The position numbers and the translations under genes are program-made. Below the pieces are notes generated by a model. It did no database searches. It was not told where the DNA came from and saw only the letters and a program-made list of their open reading frames with translations. 64,000 bases of DNA from Clostridia bacterium (GTDB taxonomy: Bacteria; Bacillota; Clostridia; CAKSNL01; HGM11501). The DNA lies in NCBI GenBank assembly GCA_045545475.1, contig JAZQAZ010000020.1:32001-96000 (forward strand), written 5' to 3'. How positions within the stretch are numbered: position 1 is the stretch's first letter; each line of letters starts with the position of its first letter. Shown here piece after piece: positions 37,115 to 45,532 of the stretch.

Positions 37115-39487
37115 ATGAAAAAATATATTTCAACAGTTTTAATACTTACTCTCCTTGTATCTCTTCTTACAGGTTTTTCTGCTGTTGCAACTGAGACGAC
37201 AGCGGAAACTACAGAAGCGGCTGCAACAGGAACCGTTACTCTTACCGAGGCAATGAAGAATTCCTTTAAGGCTGAGATGGCTGCCAAGACTCCCGATAAT
37301 GAGAGTATTGAGCCTCAGTTTACACTCATTACAGAAAACGAAAACCTTGCTCTTTATGCAATTACCGATAATGCAGAAAAGCGTATGGGTGAAGTTGCTG
37401 TATTGGATAAGGAAACGGGCTATGTATGGCGCAGTAATCCTATAGGAAACGATGCCGATATCATCGGTCAGGCATCCGGTCACGCTTTTTATAGAACTAA
37501 ATCTCAGATAGCTGTATCCTTCACGCAAGGTTATAACTATTTCGATGCGAACATGTACTATGAAAGCGTTCTTTCCGACAAGGTTTCCTGTAAGGTTGAA
37601 GATGATGCTGTTAAATTTGTTTTCAAATTCAGGGAAGTGGATTTCGTAATTCCCGTAAGATACACTCTTGAGGACGATGCCTTTGTGGCAGAAGTACTTC
37701 TTAACGATGAAGAGGCACTTCTCAGCTACTCAAGAATGGGTACCATCGCTGTAGGTCACTTAGGTGAAACAGTTGAACAGGAAGTTGACTACAATATCAC
37801 CGAGATTAAGCTTCTTCCTGCAATGGGTGCAACAAGCTATAATGAATCCGGTTATATGTTCATTCCCGACGGAAGCGGTGCCCTTATTTACATGAATAAC
37901 GGCCGTTCCAATATAACACAGCCTTATTCGGCTCCCGTATTCGGAAACTATAAGGAAAGTAAGTCTGAAGATTATAACAGAAAAGCTTCCGATCGTTATA
38001 TGCTTCCTGTATTCGGAACAGTAAAGGATGACGGACACGCACTTATGGGTGTTGTTACCGATAATGCATCTGTTTCCTTTGTAAATGCAGAAGTAAGCGG
38101 ATATGAAACAGCTTATAACAAGGTTTATTCTTCCTATCTTCATAAGATTATAAAAGGTGCTGACAAAGAAGGAACAGCTCAGCCTATGAGCCAGGAACTT
38201 CGCGACCTTGAGAAAAATTATAAGGTAAAATACTACTGCTTAAGCGGGGATGACGCTTCTTATGTCGGAATGGCCAAGCGTTACCGTGAGTATCTCGTAG
38301 AAGAAAAGGGAATGAAAAAAGCTGACGATTACAGAGAAGGTGCTCTTCTCCTTGATATGTATGCCGGCGTTGAGAAGAAAACCAGTATTCTTGGTATTCC
38401 CTGGAATAAGTTTGAAGTTATGACAACCTATGAAGATATCAGAAATATTTCTGACGATATGGAAGAAGCGGGAATAGACAATGTTATCTTTAAGTATAAC
38501 GACTGGATAAAGAAATCCGGCCGTAAAAAGATTCAGGTTAAGCCCAACTTTGAAGGCTCTATAGGCGGAAAGAGTGGCTACACCAAGACTAAGAATCATC
38601 TTGATTCCAAGAATATGAGTCTTTATATGAACATAGACTTCATAAACTTCTCTGAATCCGGAAACGGTTACAGCCGTCTTTCTGATTCCGTAAAGTATAC
38701 TAGCCAGGCTCCCGCATATCAGTCAAGCGGAATTTCTGCTCACGTTAACATGGGTTCAAGATGGTGTCTGTTGAAAGCACCTTTGGTAAAGGAAGCAGCA
38801 TTTAAGTTTGCTGACAAATGCGAAAGCGCAAATATCACAGCAGTTTCCATTGAAAATATCGGCGGAACGGTATATTCCGACGGTGCAAATAAAAACGGTC
38901 ATACAAGAGGCGAGTGTGCAAATCAGTTTACTGAAATTCTTGCAGGCTACAAGGAAAGATCAATTAATCTTCTTTCCACAGAACCAAGCGAATATGCTGC
39001 TGTATATTCTGACGTTCTTGCTGATATTCCCTCAAAGGATACATATATTGAAATTGCCGATGAGGCGGTTCCTTTCTACCAGATTGCAGTAAGAGGCTAC
39101 AAGACATATACAACGGAAACCGTAAATATGTCAAGTAATCCCGAAAATATTATACTTAATGCCGTTGAAAGCGGTTCAAGCCTTCTTTACAGCCTTGTTG
39201 CCGGAGAAACAACAGGACTTAAGGAAACCTACTTGAAGTATCTTTACAGCTGTAACTATTCACAGTGGAAAGAGGCTATAATCGAAGAATACACTGCTTA
39301 TTCCGAAGTTATGAAAATGGTTGAAGGTGCAGATATTGACAACCACGAAAAAATCGTAGAAAACGTTTATAAGACCACTTATAATAACGGAGTGGAAGTT
39401 TATGTAAACTATTCAGACGAAGCTTATCAGACTGAAAGCGGAGTTACAGTAGAAGCTAAGAGCTACATAGCAGAAAGGGGTGAGTGA
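37115..39487 (+). CDS. Secreted DUF5696-type protein (possible glycosidase-like fold)
   Basis: Signal peptide; DKETGYVWRSNP, GYMFIPDGSGALI..NNG, LPVFG, VPFYQIA, TTYNNGVEVYVNY. Confidence 0.8.
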   Translation: MKKYISTVLILTLLVSLLTGFSAVATETTAETTEAAATGTVTLTEAMKNSFKAEMAAKTPDNESIEPQFTLITENENLALYAITDNAEKRMGEVAVLDKETGYVWRSNPIGNDADIIGQASGHAFYRTKSQIAVSFTQGYNYFDANMYYESVLSDKVSCKVEDDAVKFVFKFREVDFVIPVRYTLEDDAFVAEVLLNDEEALLSYSRMGTIAVGHLGETVEQEVDYNITEIKLLPAMGATSYNESGYMFIPDGSGALIYMNNGRSNITQPYSAPVFGNYKESKSEDYNRKASDRYMLPVFGTVKDDGHALMGVVTDNASVSFVNAEVSGYETAYNKVYSSYLHKIIKGADKEGTAQPMSQELRDLEKNYKVKYYCLSGDDASYVGMAKRYREYLVEEKGMKKADDYREGALLLDMYAGVEKKTSILGIPWNKFEVMTTYEDIRNISDDMEEAGIDNVIFKYNDWIKKSGRKKIQVKPNFEGSIGGKSGYTKTKNHLDSKNMSLYMNIDFINFSESGNGYSRLSDSVKYTSQAPAYQSSGISAHVNMGSRWCLLKAPLVKEAAFKFADKCESANITAVSIENIGGTVYSDGANKNGHTRGECANQFTEILAGYKERSINLLSTEPSEYAAVYSDVLADIPSKDTYIEIADEAVPFYQIAVRGYKTYTTETVNMSSNPENIILNAVESGSSLLYSLVAGETTGLKETYLKYLYSCNYSQWKEAIIEEYTAYSEVMKMVEGADIDNHEKIVENVYKTTYNNGVEVYVNYSDEAYQTESGVTVEAKSYIAERGE

Positions 39488-39489
39488 TA

Positions 39490-40515
39490 ATGGCGAAAAA
39501 AGAAAATACTGCTTCAACTGAAGTAAAGGAAGAAGTTATACTTGACAGCGAAAGAAAACCAACCAAGGAAGAAATCAAAGCGGCGAAAGAAGCGGCAAAG
39601 CGTGCAAAGAAGCAGAGAAAAGCTGCTGCAGCACTTTCTGAGCGTCAGGCGAGAGCCGGATATTGGTTCATCCTTCCTTGGATTGTCGGAGTAATCTTTT
39701 TATTCCTTGTTCCCGTTGTTACATCACTCATATATTCCTTCTGTGAGGTTGGCGTAAGAGCTGGCGGTATAAAGCTGGACTTCCAGGGAATAGATAACTA
39801 TATCTATATCTTCAGAAAAGATCCTGACTTTATTCCCGCACTTCTTGACTCCCTTAAGGATATGCTTTATCAGGTGCCTATCATAGCATTCTTCGGTATG
39901 TTTATCGCACAGATACTGAATCAGAAGTTCGTGGGAAGAACTCTTGCAAGAGTAATGTTCTTCCTTCCCGTAATCATTGCATCCGGTGTTATCCTTGAAA
40001 TTCTTTCAAAAACCGGTATGAGCACTTCTGTTTCCCTCAATGAATCATCAAACATCTTTACATTCCAGGAAGAGTCAGTTATCTTGAAGATTCTTAATCA
40101 GAGCGGTCTTAGCCCTGCTATTATCGATTACTTAAAGAGTCTTGTGGGTAACATCTTCGACATCACCTGGAAGAGCGGTATTCAGATTCTTTTATATCTT
40201 TCTGCTCTTCAGGGTATTCCGAAATCCTATTACGAGGTTTCATCAATGGAAGGTGCAACAGCATGGGAAGAATACTGGAAGATTACATTCCCTCTTTTAT
40301 CACCCATGACTCTTGTGTGCGTTGTTTATACAATCATTGACTCCTTCACATATTATCAGAACAAGGTTATGCAGCTTATCGACAAAAACGGCGTTGCAAC
40401 AGGTAATGCAGGTATTGCGGCGGCAATGGCATGGACATACTTCATCATCATTGCGGTTATACTTGTGCTTATTGTAAAGTTTGTATTTGCTAAGACTGTA
40501 TATACTGAAGAGTAA
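39490..40515 (+). CDS. Carbohydrate ABC permease (second pair, UgpA-like)
   Basis: GYWFILPWIVG, FFLPVIIASG, LQGIPKSYYEVSSMEGATAWE..WKITFP. Confidence 0.92.
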   Translation: MAKKENTASTEVKEEVILDSERKPTKEEIKAAKEAAKRAKKQRKAAAALSERQARAGYWFILPWIVGVIFLFLVPVVTSLIYSFCEVGVRAGGIKLDFQGIDNYIYIFRKDPDFIPALLDSLKDMLYQVPIIAFFGMFIAQILNQKFVGRTLARVMFFLPVIIASGVILEILSKTGMSTSVSLNESSNIFTFQEESVILKILNQSGLSPAIIDYLKSLVGNIFDITWKSGIQILLYLSALQGIPKSYYEVSSMEGATAWEEYWKITFPLLSPMTLVCVVYTIIDSFTYYQNKVMQLIDKNGVATGNAGIAAAMAWTYFIIIAVILVLIVKFVFAKTVYTEE

Positions 40516-40527
40516 GGAGGTGCCGGA

Positions 40528-41586
40528 ATGAGACCAGAGTTATCACAGCTTAATAAAAAGCAGTTCAAAGACGAAATGAAGCGCCGTGACGAGGAAATGA
40601 AATCCAGCGGCAAAGAAAACAGTATCGGCTTAAAGCGTTTCGGCTCAGCCTTTTTCAAAAAGCAGGTAGCACATTTTATATATGCTATTTTCAGAGCATT
40701 CCTGCTTATCGGCCTTTCTTACATAGTACTTTATCCTGTATTCAAGATGCTCAGTAATGCATTTTCCGAAGACTATGTAAAGTCAGCAACAAGTATCTGG
40801 ATACCCAATAATGTTGGTATGAATAACTTCGGATATGCCGTTACCTTGCTTAAGTACTGGGAATCCTTCTGGGCAAGCGTAAAAGTTGCATTGGGAAGTT
40901 CTATTCTTCAGGTTATATCTGCAGCACTTGCGGGTTACGGTTTTGCGAGATTTAAGTTTAAGGGAAGAGGAGCACTTTTCGCACTTGTTATCTTAACTAT
41001 GATAGTTCCTCCTCAGACATATCTTATTTCAATGTTCATGACTTACAGAAAGTTTGACCTTTTCGGTATCCTTGATATCGTGGGACTTATAGCAGGTAAG
41101 GACATGACCTGGAACTTAATCGGTACTCCCTGGACAATGTGGATTCCCGCAATTCTTGGTGTAGGCCTCAGAGGCGGACTTTTCATCTACATTTTCAGAC
41201 AGTTCTTCAGAGGTATGAGTAAGGAACTTGAAGAAGCAGCGTACATTGACGGATGCGGTCCCTTCATGACATTCCTCAGAATCATGGTTCCCAACGCTTT
41301 GTCATCAGGACTTGTAGTATTCTTGTTCTCACTGGTATGGCACTGGAACGACTACTTCACAGTATCTATGATGTATACAGCTCCCAACAAGCCGAGACCT
41401 TTAACTCTCACTCTTATGTCCGAGTACAAAACACTCGGTGTTACACTCTTCGGTGAGGGTGACGTTAACTCAACATACATTCTTAATGCGGCATGTGCAC
41501 TTATAATTCTGCCTTTGCTTTTGGTATTCGCAGTTGCACAGAGATTCTTCATCGAGAGTATGGATAAGGTTGGTATCAAGGGTTAA
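40528..41586 (+). CDS. Carbohydrate ABC permease (second pair, UgpE-like)
   Basis: GYGFARFKFKG, FRQFFRG...ELEEAAYIDG, VWHWND. Confidence 0.92.
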   Translation: MRPELSQLNKKQFKDEMKRRDEEMKSSGKENSIGLKRFGSAFFKKQVAHFIYAIFRAFLLIGLSYIVLYPVFKMLSNAFSEDYVKSATSIWIPNNVGMNNFGYAVTLLKYWESFWASVKVALGSSILQVISAALAGYGFARFKFKGRGALFALVILTMIVPPQTYLISMFMTYRKFDLFGILDIVGLIAGKDMTWNLIGTPWTMWIPAILGVGLRGGLFIYIFRQFFRGMSKELEEAAYIDGCGPFMTFLRIMVPNALSSGLVVFLFSLVWHWNDYFTVSMMYTAPNKPRPLTLTLMSEYKTLGVTLFGEGDVNSTYILNAACALIILPLLLVFAVAQRFFIESMDKVGIKG

Positions 41587-41595
41587 AATGCTTAT

Positions 41596-41633
41596 AACAA
41601 ATCCGATTGCACGGCAATCGGATTTGTTTTTTT
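41596..41633 (+). terminator. Terminator of the ABC-like operon
   Basis: AACAAATCCGATTGC-ACG-GCAATCGGATTTGTTTTTTT. Confidence 0.88.
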
Positions 41634-41679
41634 ATCAATCATTTTTTTAGAAAAAAGCCATGAAAAAAATAAATAACTC

Positions 41680-41708
41680 TTGACAAATGCTTTAATTTAT
41701 GGTATTCT
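41680..41708 (+). promoter_or_regulatory. tRNA promoter
   Basis: TTGACA-17 bp-TATTCT with extended -10 TG and an upstream A-rich tract. Confidence 0.75.
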
Positions 41709-41722
41709 ATCTTTCGTGGTAA

Positions 41723-41811
41723 GCCCGAGTGGCGGAACTGGCAGACGCACAGGACTTAAAATCCTGCGCCCGTTAAAAGTCGTACCGGTTCGATTCCGGT
41801 CTCGGGCACCA
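41723..41811 (+). tRNA. tRNA-Leu (anticodon UAA), CCA encoded
   Basis: Acceptor GCCCGAG/CTCGGGC, D arm TGGCGGAACTGGCAGACGC, anticodon arm CAGGA-CTTAAAA-TCCTG, long variable arm, T arm ACCGG-TTCGATT-CCGGT, ACCA end. Confidence 0.96.
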
Positions 41812-41812
41812 G

Positions 41813-41840
41813 AAAAAAGACATCTTCGGATGTCTTTTTT
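41813..41840 (+). terminator. tRNA terminator
   Basis: AAAAAAGACATC-TTCG-GATGTCTTTTTT. Confidence 0.88.
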
Positions 41841-41841
41841 C

Positions 41842-41989
41842 AGTTATATTTGCCTTTGGCAAGTTTATATTGCTGCACAGTTATATTCGGATTACACCGA
41901 GTGATATTGTGCTTCGCACAGTTTAATGGCAAATATAATATCACTTTTACTCTGTAAAAATATCACTCCAACGAAGTTGGAATATCACT
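41842..41989. repeat. Mini-hairpin array A: AGT(G/T)ATAT linkers alternating with variable hairpins, then inverted ATATCACT linkers
   Basis: Four forward linkers (41842, 41862, 41879, 41900) and three reverse linkers (41938, 41960, 41982) separated by short hairpins. Confidence 0.85.
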
Positions 41990-42007
41990 AAAATAACCTG
42001 CATCTAT

Positions 42008-42073
42008 TGTGAAATGCACTTTGTGCGTGAAATATTGCTTCGCAATATGAAATACGCCTGCGGCGTGTGGATT
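42008..42073. repeat. Mini-hairpin array B: (G/A)TGAAAT linkers alternating with variable triloop hairpins
   Basis: GTGAAAT-GCAC(TTT)GTGC-GTGAAAT-ATTGC(TTC)GCAAT-ATGAAAT-ACGCC(TGC)GGCGT-GTGGATT. Confidence 0.85.
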
Positions 42074-42090
42074 TATACCATATATAGTTT

Positions 42091-42115
42091 GTAGGGAAGG
42101 GGCTTGCTCCTTCCG
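42091..42115 (+). repeat. GTAG-type REP-like palindrome
   Basis: GTAG-GGAAGGGGC-TT-GCTCCTTCC-G; second copy at 54793. Confidence 0.8.
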
Positions 42116-42146
42116 GAAGATGTAAATTAATAGGCTATGGCTGAAG

Positions 42147-42179
42147 AAAGACGGCTTTTTTTAGAAAGTGGTCTTTTTT
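42147..42179 (+). terminator. Imperfect terminator closing the repeat locus
   Basis: AAAGACGGCTTT-TTTTAG-AAAGTGGTCTTT-TTT. Confidence 0.5.
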
Positions 42180-42238
42180 ATTTTTAGTGCTTGATTTATC
42201 TCTTTGCTTGTGCTATACTGCATTCCGAGGTGACAGAA

Positions 42239-43468
42239 ATGGACAACAATAAAAGAGTTAAGCTTGGTTGCTATTGGACCAATATTTCAATGTCTGTGGT
42301 GGGAAATATTTCGCCAATACTTTTTCTTACCTTCAGGGAGCTTTACGGAGTATCGTTTTCACTTCTGGGGCTTTTGGTGCTTGTTAATTTTTGCACACAG
42401 CTTACAATTGATTTGATATTTTCGTTTTTTTCGCATAAATTCAATATTGCAAAAACAGTTAAGCTGACACCTGTAATTACGGTGGCAGGACTTCTCATAT
42501 ATTCGCTGTGGCCTGTTATAAGCCCTGAAACAGCTTTTGTTGGTATAGTTTTGGGTACGGTTGTGTTCTCATCTTCGGGAGGCCTTTGCGAGGTTTTAAT
42601 AAGTCCTGTAATAGCTGCAATTCCTGCAGACGATCCCGACAGGGAGATGAGCAAGCTTCATTCAATTTATGCCTGGGGCGTGGTGGGCGTTGTCATTTTC
42701 TCAACGGCTTTTCTTCTTCTTTTCGGAGCTGAAAACTGGTACATACTTTCTCTTATTCTTACAATAGTTCCTATATTTGCGGCAGTATTGTTTGCAGGGG
42801 TAAAAATTCCCGAAATGGAAACTCCCGAAAAAGTAACCGGAGCATTGAAGCAGCTTAAAAACAAAACGCTCTTAACCTCGGTTTTTGCAATTTTTCTTGG
42901 CGGTGCAGCAGAGTGTACTATGGCACAGTGGTGCTCGGGTTACCTTGAAGAGGTAACTAAAATTCCCAAGGTGTTTGGAGATATATTCGGAATGGCACTC
43001 TTTTCCCTTATGCTGGGACTGGGAAGAAGCTTGTACGCAAAAATAGGAAAGAATATAAACAAGGTTCTTCTTATGTGCTCAATTGGGGCAACTCTTTGCT
43101 ATTTCACAGCGGCAGTTTCTCCGTTCCCCGTAATTACACTGATAGCCTGTGCACTTACCGGATTTTGCACATCTATGCTTTGGCCGGGAAATTTGATTGC
43201 GGCATCTGACAGAATGCCTCACGGAGGAGTATTTTTATATGCCATGATGGCATCGGGAGGAGACCTGGGAGCATCGGTCGTGCCTCAGATGCTTGGAATA
43301 GTCACCGATGCGGTAATGGAAAATGAGGCTCTTGTGAGCCTTGCATCGAAAATGGGGCTTGAAGCAGAGCAGCTCGGAATGCGATGCGGAATGCTTATCG
43401 GTATGCTTTTCCCGCTTATGGCAATCCCTGTATTTATAAGCTTTATGAAAGAAAAAAAGAAGGCGTGA
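42239..43468 (+). CDS. MFS transporter
   Basis: About 12 TM segments; GGLCEVLISP, MSKLHS.YAWG, GGDLGAS. Confidence 0.9.
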   Translation: MDNNKRVKLGCYWTNISMSVVGNISPILFLTFRELYGVSFSLLGLLVLVNFCTQLTIDLIFSFFSHKFNIAKTVKLTPVITVAGLLIYSLWPVISPETAFVGIVLGTVVFSSSGGLCEVLISPVIAAIPADDPDREMSKLHSIYAWGVVGVVIFSTAFLLLFGAENWYILSLILTIVPIFAAVLFAGVKIPEMETPEKVTGALKQLKNKTLLTSVFAIFLGGAAECTMAQWCSGYLEEVTKIPKVFGDIFGMALFSLMLGLGRSLYAKIGKNINKVLLMCSIGATLCYFTAAVSPFPVITLIACALTGFCTSMLWPGNLIAASDRMPHGGVFLYAMMASGGDLGASVVPQMLGIVTDAVMENEALVSLASKMGLEAEQLGMRCGMLIGMLFPLMAIPVFISFMKEKKKA

Positions 43469-43502
43469 AAAATCCCCGGGATGTTACATTCCGGGGATTT
43501 TT
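43468..43502 (+). terminator. Intrinsic terminator
   Basis: AAAAATCCCCGGGATG-TTA-CATTCCGGGGATTTTT. Confidence 0.8.
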
Positions 43503-43574
43503 AATGCGGTTTCTATTGAAATGGCCGAAGGTTTATGGTAAAATGAAAATGCTTATATTTAAATAAGGATACGA

Positions 43575-44351
43575 ATGAAAAGGATAATGGAAATGGGAGA
43601 TAGTAAGAACCGTATGTCAAAGACGAGAAGGATATATTTTTTAAGACTTATCGGAAGAATTGTTGTATTTGCCATTGCGATTCTTACATATATATTTGAT
43701 ATTGATACATTTGAAATTGCAAAAGGATGGAACTTTTTCAAGGAGCCTTCGCTGCTTCATCTTTTGTGGTTTGTATGGATGTGCGATATGATATTGCAGC
43801 TTATCCCGGTTAAATCGCATATATCTATAGGTTCTCAAAAAGTGTTTGAGTCGCTTTTTAAGCCGATAAAGGAAAAAGTTAATTATAAAAATTTAAAGCA
43901 GTATATAAAAGATACTAGTGCAACCGCATACAAAGTTATGCTTATCTGGATTACTCTGACTGTTTGTATAAGCTTACTTTACTTATATGGAGTTATTGAT
44001 GCCGGAATGATGGTGCTGTTGTCAACGCTTTTTTATGTGTGCGATTTGATATGTGTCCTTATCTGGTGTCCGTTCAGGCTCATAATGCATAATAAGTGCT
44101 GTACAACTTGCAGAATATTTAATTGGGATCACCTTATGATGTTTTTACCAATAATAGCAGTAAACAGCTTTTTCACCTGGTCACTTATTATATTTGCATT
44201 TGCTGTGTGGCTTATATGGGAGTTATGCGTGCTTATATATCCTGAAAGATTTTGGGAAAACAGCAATATGGCTCTTCGATGCTCGGAATGCACAGATAAG
44301 CTTTGCACGCAATACTGCAGAAAATTAAGAACAAAAACTTTGGAAAAATAG
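43575..44351 (+). CDS. Cysteine-rich hypothetical membrane protein
   Basis: About five TM segments; CDLICVLIWCPF...KCCTTCRIFNWDH and CSECTDKLCTQYC; start codon uncertain. Confidence 0.75.
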   Translation: MKRIMEMGDSKNRMSKTRRIYFLRLIGRIVVFAIAILTYIFDIDTFEIAKGWNFFKEPSLLHLLWFVWMCDMILQLIPVKSHISIGSQKVFESLFKPIKEKVNYKNLKQYIKDTSATAYKVMLIWITLTVCISLLYLYGVIDAGMMVLLSTLFYVCDLICVLIWCPFRLIMHNKCCTTCRIFNWDHLMMFLPIIAVNSFFTWSLIIFAFAVWLIWELCVLIYPERFWENSNMALRCSECTDKLCTQYCRKLRTKTLEK

Positions 44352-44421
44352 ATTCTTGAATACATAATAAAATCTTCCAAAAAAGTTAAGGCGGAATTTT
44401 TAAAGTGACAGGAGTGTTTTT

Positions 44422-45510
44422 ATGGATCACAATGAAAGACCGGTTTATCATTTTAAGCCGGAAAAGGGATGGATAAACGATCCTAACGGACTGGTCTATT
44501 TTAATGGGTATTACCATGTTTTTTATCAGCATTGTCCGAATTATGAAAAGCCCAAACTGGAGCCTGTGCATTGGGGCCATGCAAGAACAAAGGACTTTTT
44601 GACATGGGAAGAACTGCCCATAGCTCTTTCGCCGGACAAATTCTATGACAGCGAAGGTTGCTGGTCGGGAACAGCAATTGTAAAGGATGATATACTTTAT
44701 CTTTTCTACGCTTCCGTGACAACTGGAACTTGTCAGTCTGTCAGCGTTGCATATTCAAAGGATGGTATAAATTTTGAGAAGTATGAAAAAAATCCTGTTA
44801 TAGAAACCTATCCCGAAGACGGAGGCCCGGATTTCAGGGATCCTGCTGTTAGCTTTATAGACGGAAAATACCGCTTGGTCATGGCAACAGGACATCCCGA
44901 AACTAAAAAAGGCCGCCTGCTTATATATGAAAGTGAAGATTTGCTTAGCTGGAATTACGGTGGAATAATAAGAGAATGGGATAATACTATCTATGCAGAA
45001 TGTCCTTCGTTGATAGATGAGGGAGAACGTGTTTTGCTTGCGGCGTCTGTGTGTCTGGTGGGATGGAAGCATTATTTCAGCGTGATGTACGGTAAGTTTG
45101 AAAACGGAGTATTTAAGGAATTTTTAAGTGGAAATGTGGACAGAGGTCCCGATCAGTATGCCGGACAGATATTTCGGGATCATAAAGGCAGGAGCCTTCT
45201 TATAACATGGATTCCCGGATGGGACTATCAGGGTTACGCCGAGAAAGATGTTGGCTGTATGTCAGTACCGCGTGAGATGTTTACAAAGGACGGAAAGATA
45301 TACGGTTATCCTGTAAAAGAAGTCAGGCATTTGCTTACAGACAGCGATCCTTTACTTAAAATGACCGAAGAGGGTTTTGAAATTGAGAGAACAGGCAGAG
45401 AAAATGTAGTCCATAAAGGTAAGATTGATGATATAAAAATTCTCCATGACAAGTATATAATGGAAGTTTTCGTAAATGGCGGAGAAACCATTTATACGGT
45501 TTTATTGTAA
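44422..45510 (+). CDS. GH32-family glycoside hydrolase (beta-fructofuranosidase-like), cytoplasmic
   Basis: Catalytic motifs WINDPNG, FRDP and ECP; also HWGHA and WSG. Confidence 0.93.
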   Translation: MDHNERPVYHFKPEKGWINDPNGLVYFNGYYHVFYQHCPNYEKPKLEPVHWGHARTKDFLTWEELPIALSPDKFYDSEGCWSGTAIVKDDILYLFYASVTTGTCQSVSVAYSKDGINFEKYEKNPVIETYPEDGGPDFRDPAVSFIDGKYRLVMATGHPETKKGRLLIYESEDLLSWNYGGIIREWDNTIYAECPSLIDEGERVLLAASVCLVGWKHYFSVMYGKFENGVFKEFLSGNVDRGPDQYAGQIFRDHKGRSLLITWIPGWDYQGYAEKDVGCMSVPREMFTKDGKIYGYPVKEVRHLLTDSDPLLKMTEEGFEIERTGRENVVHKGKIDDIKILHDKYIMEVFVNGGETIYTVLL

Positions 45511-45532
45511 TTGGAAGAAAGGAAGTAAATCC

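Noticed and set aside
41680-41904. 74-aa ORF across the tRNA
   Set aside because: It starts at the -35 box TTG and runs through the tRNA and its terminator, so it is spurious.
41842-42073. CRISPR array interpretation of the linker/hairpin arrays
   Set aside because: Constant parts are only 7-9 nt, variable parts are short self-complementary hairpins, polarity inverts midway, and no cas genes are present.
41723-42240. Integrative element at tRNA-Leu
   Set aside because: No integrase nearby, and I saw no duplicate of the tRNA 3' end in the window (checked by eye only).
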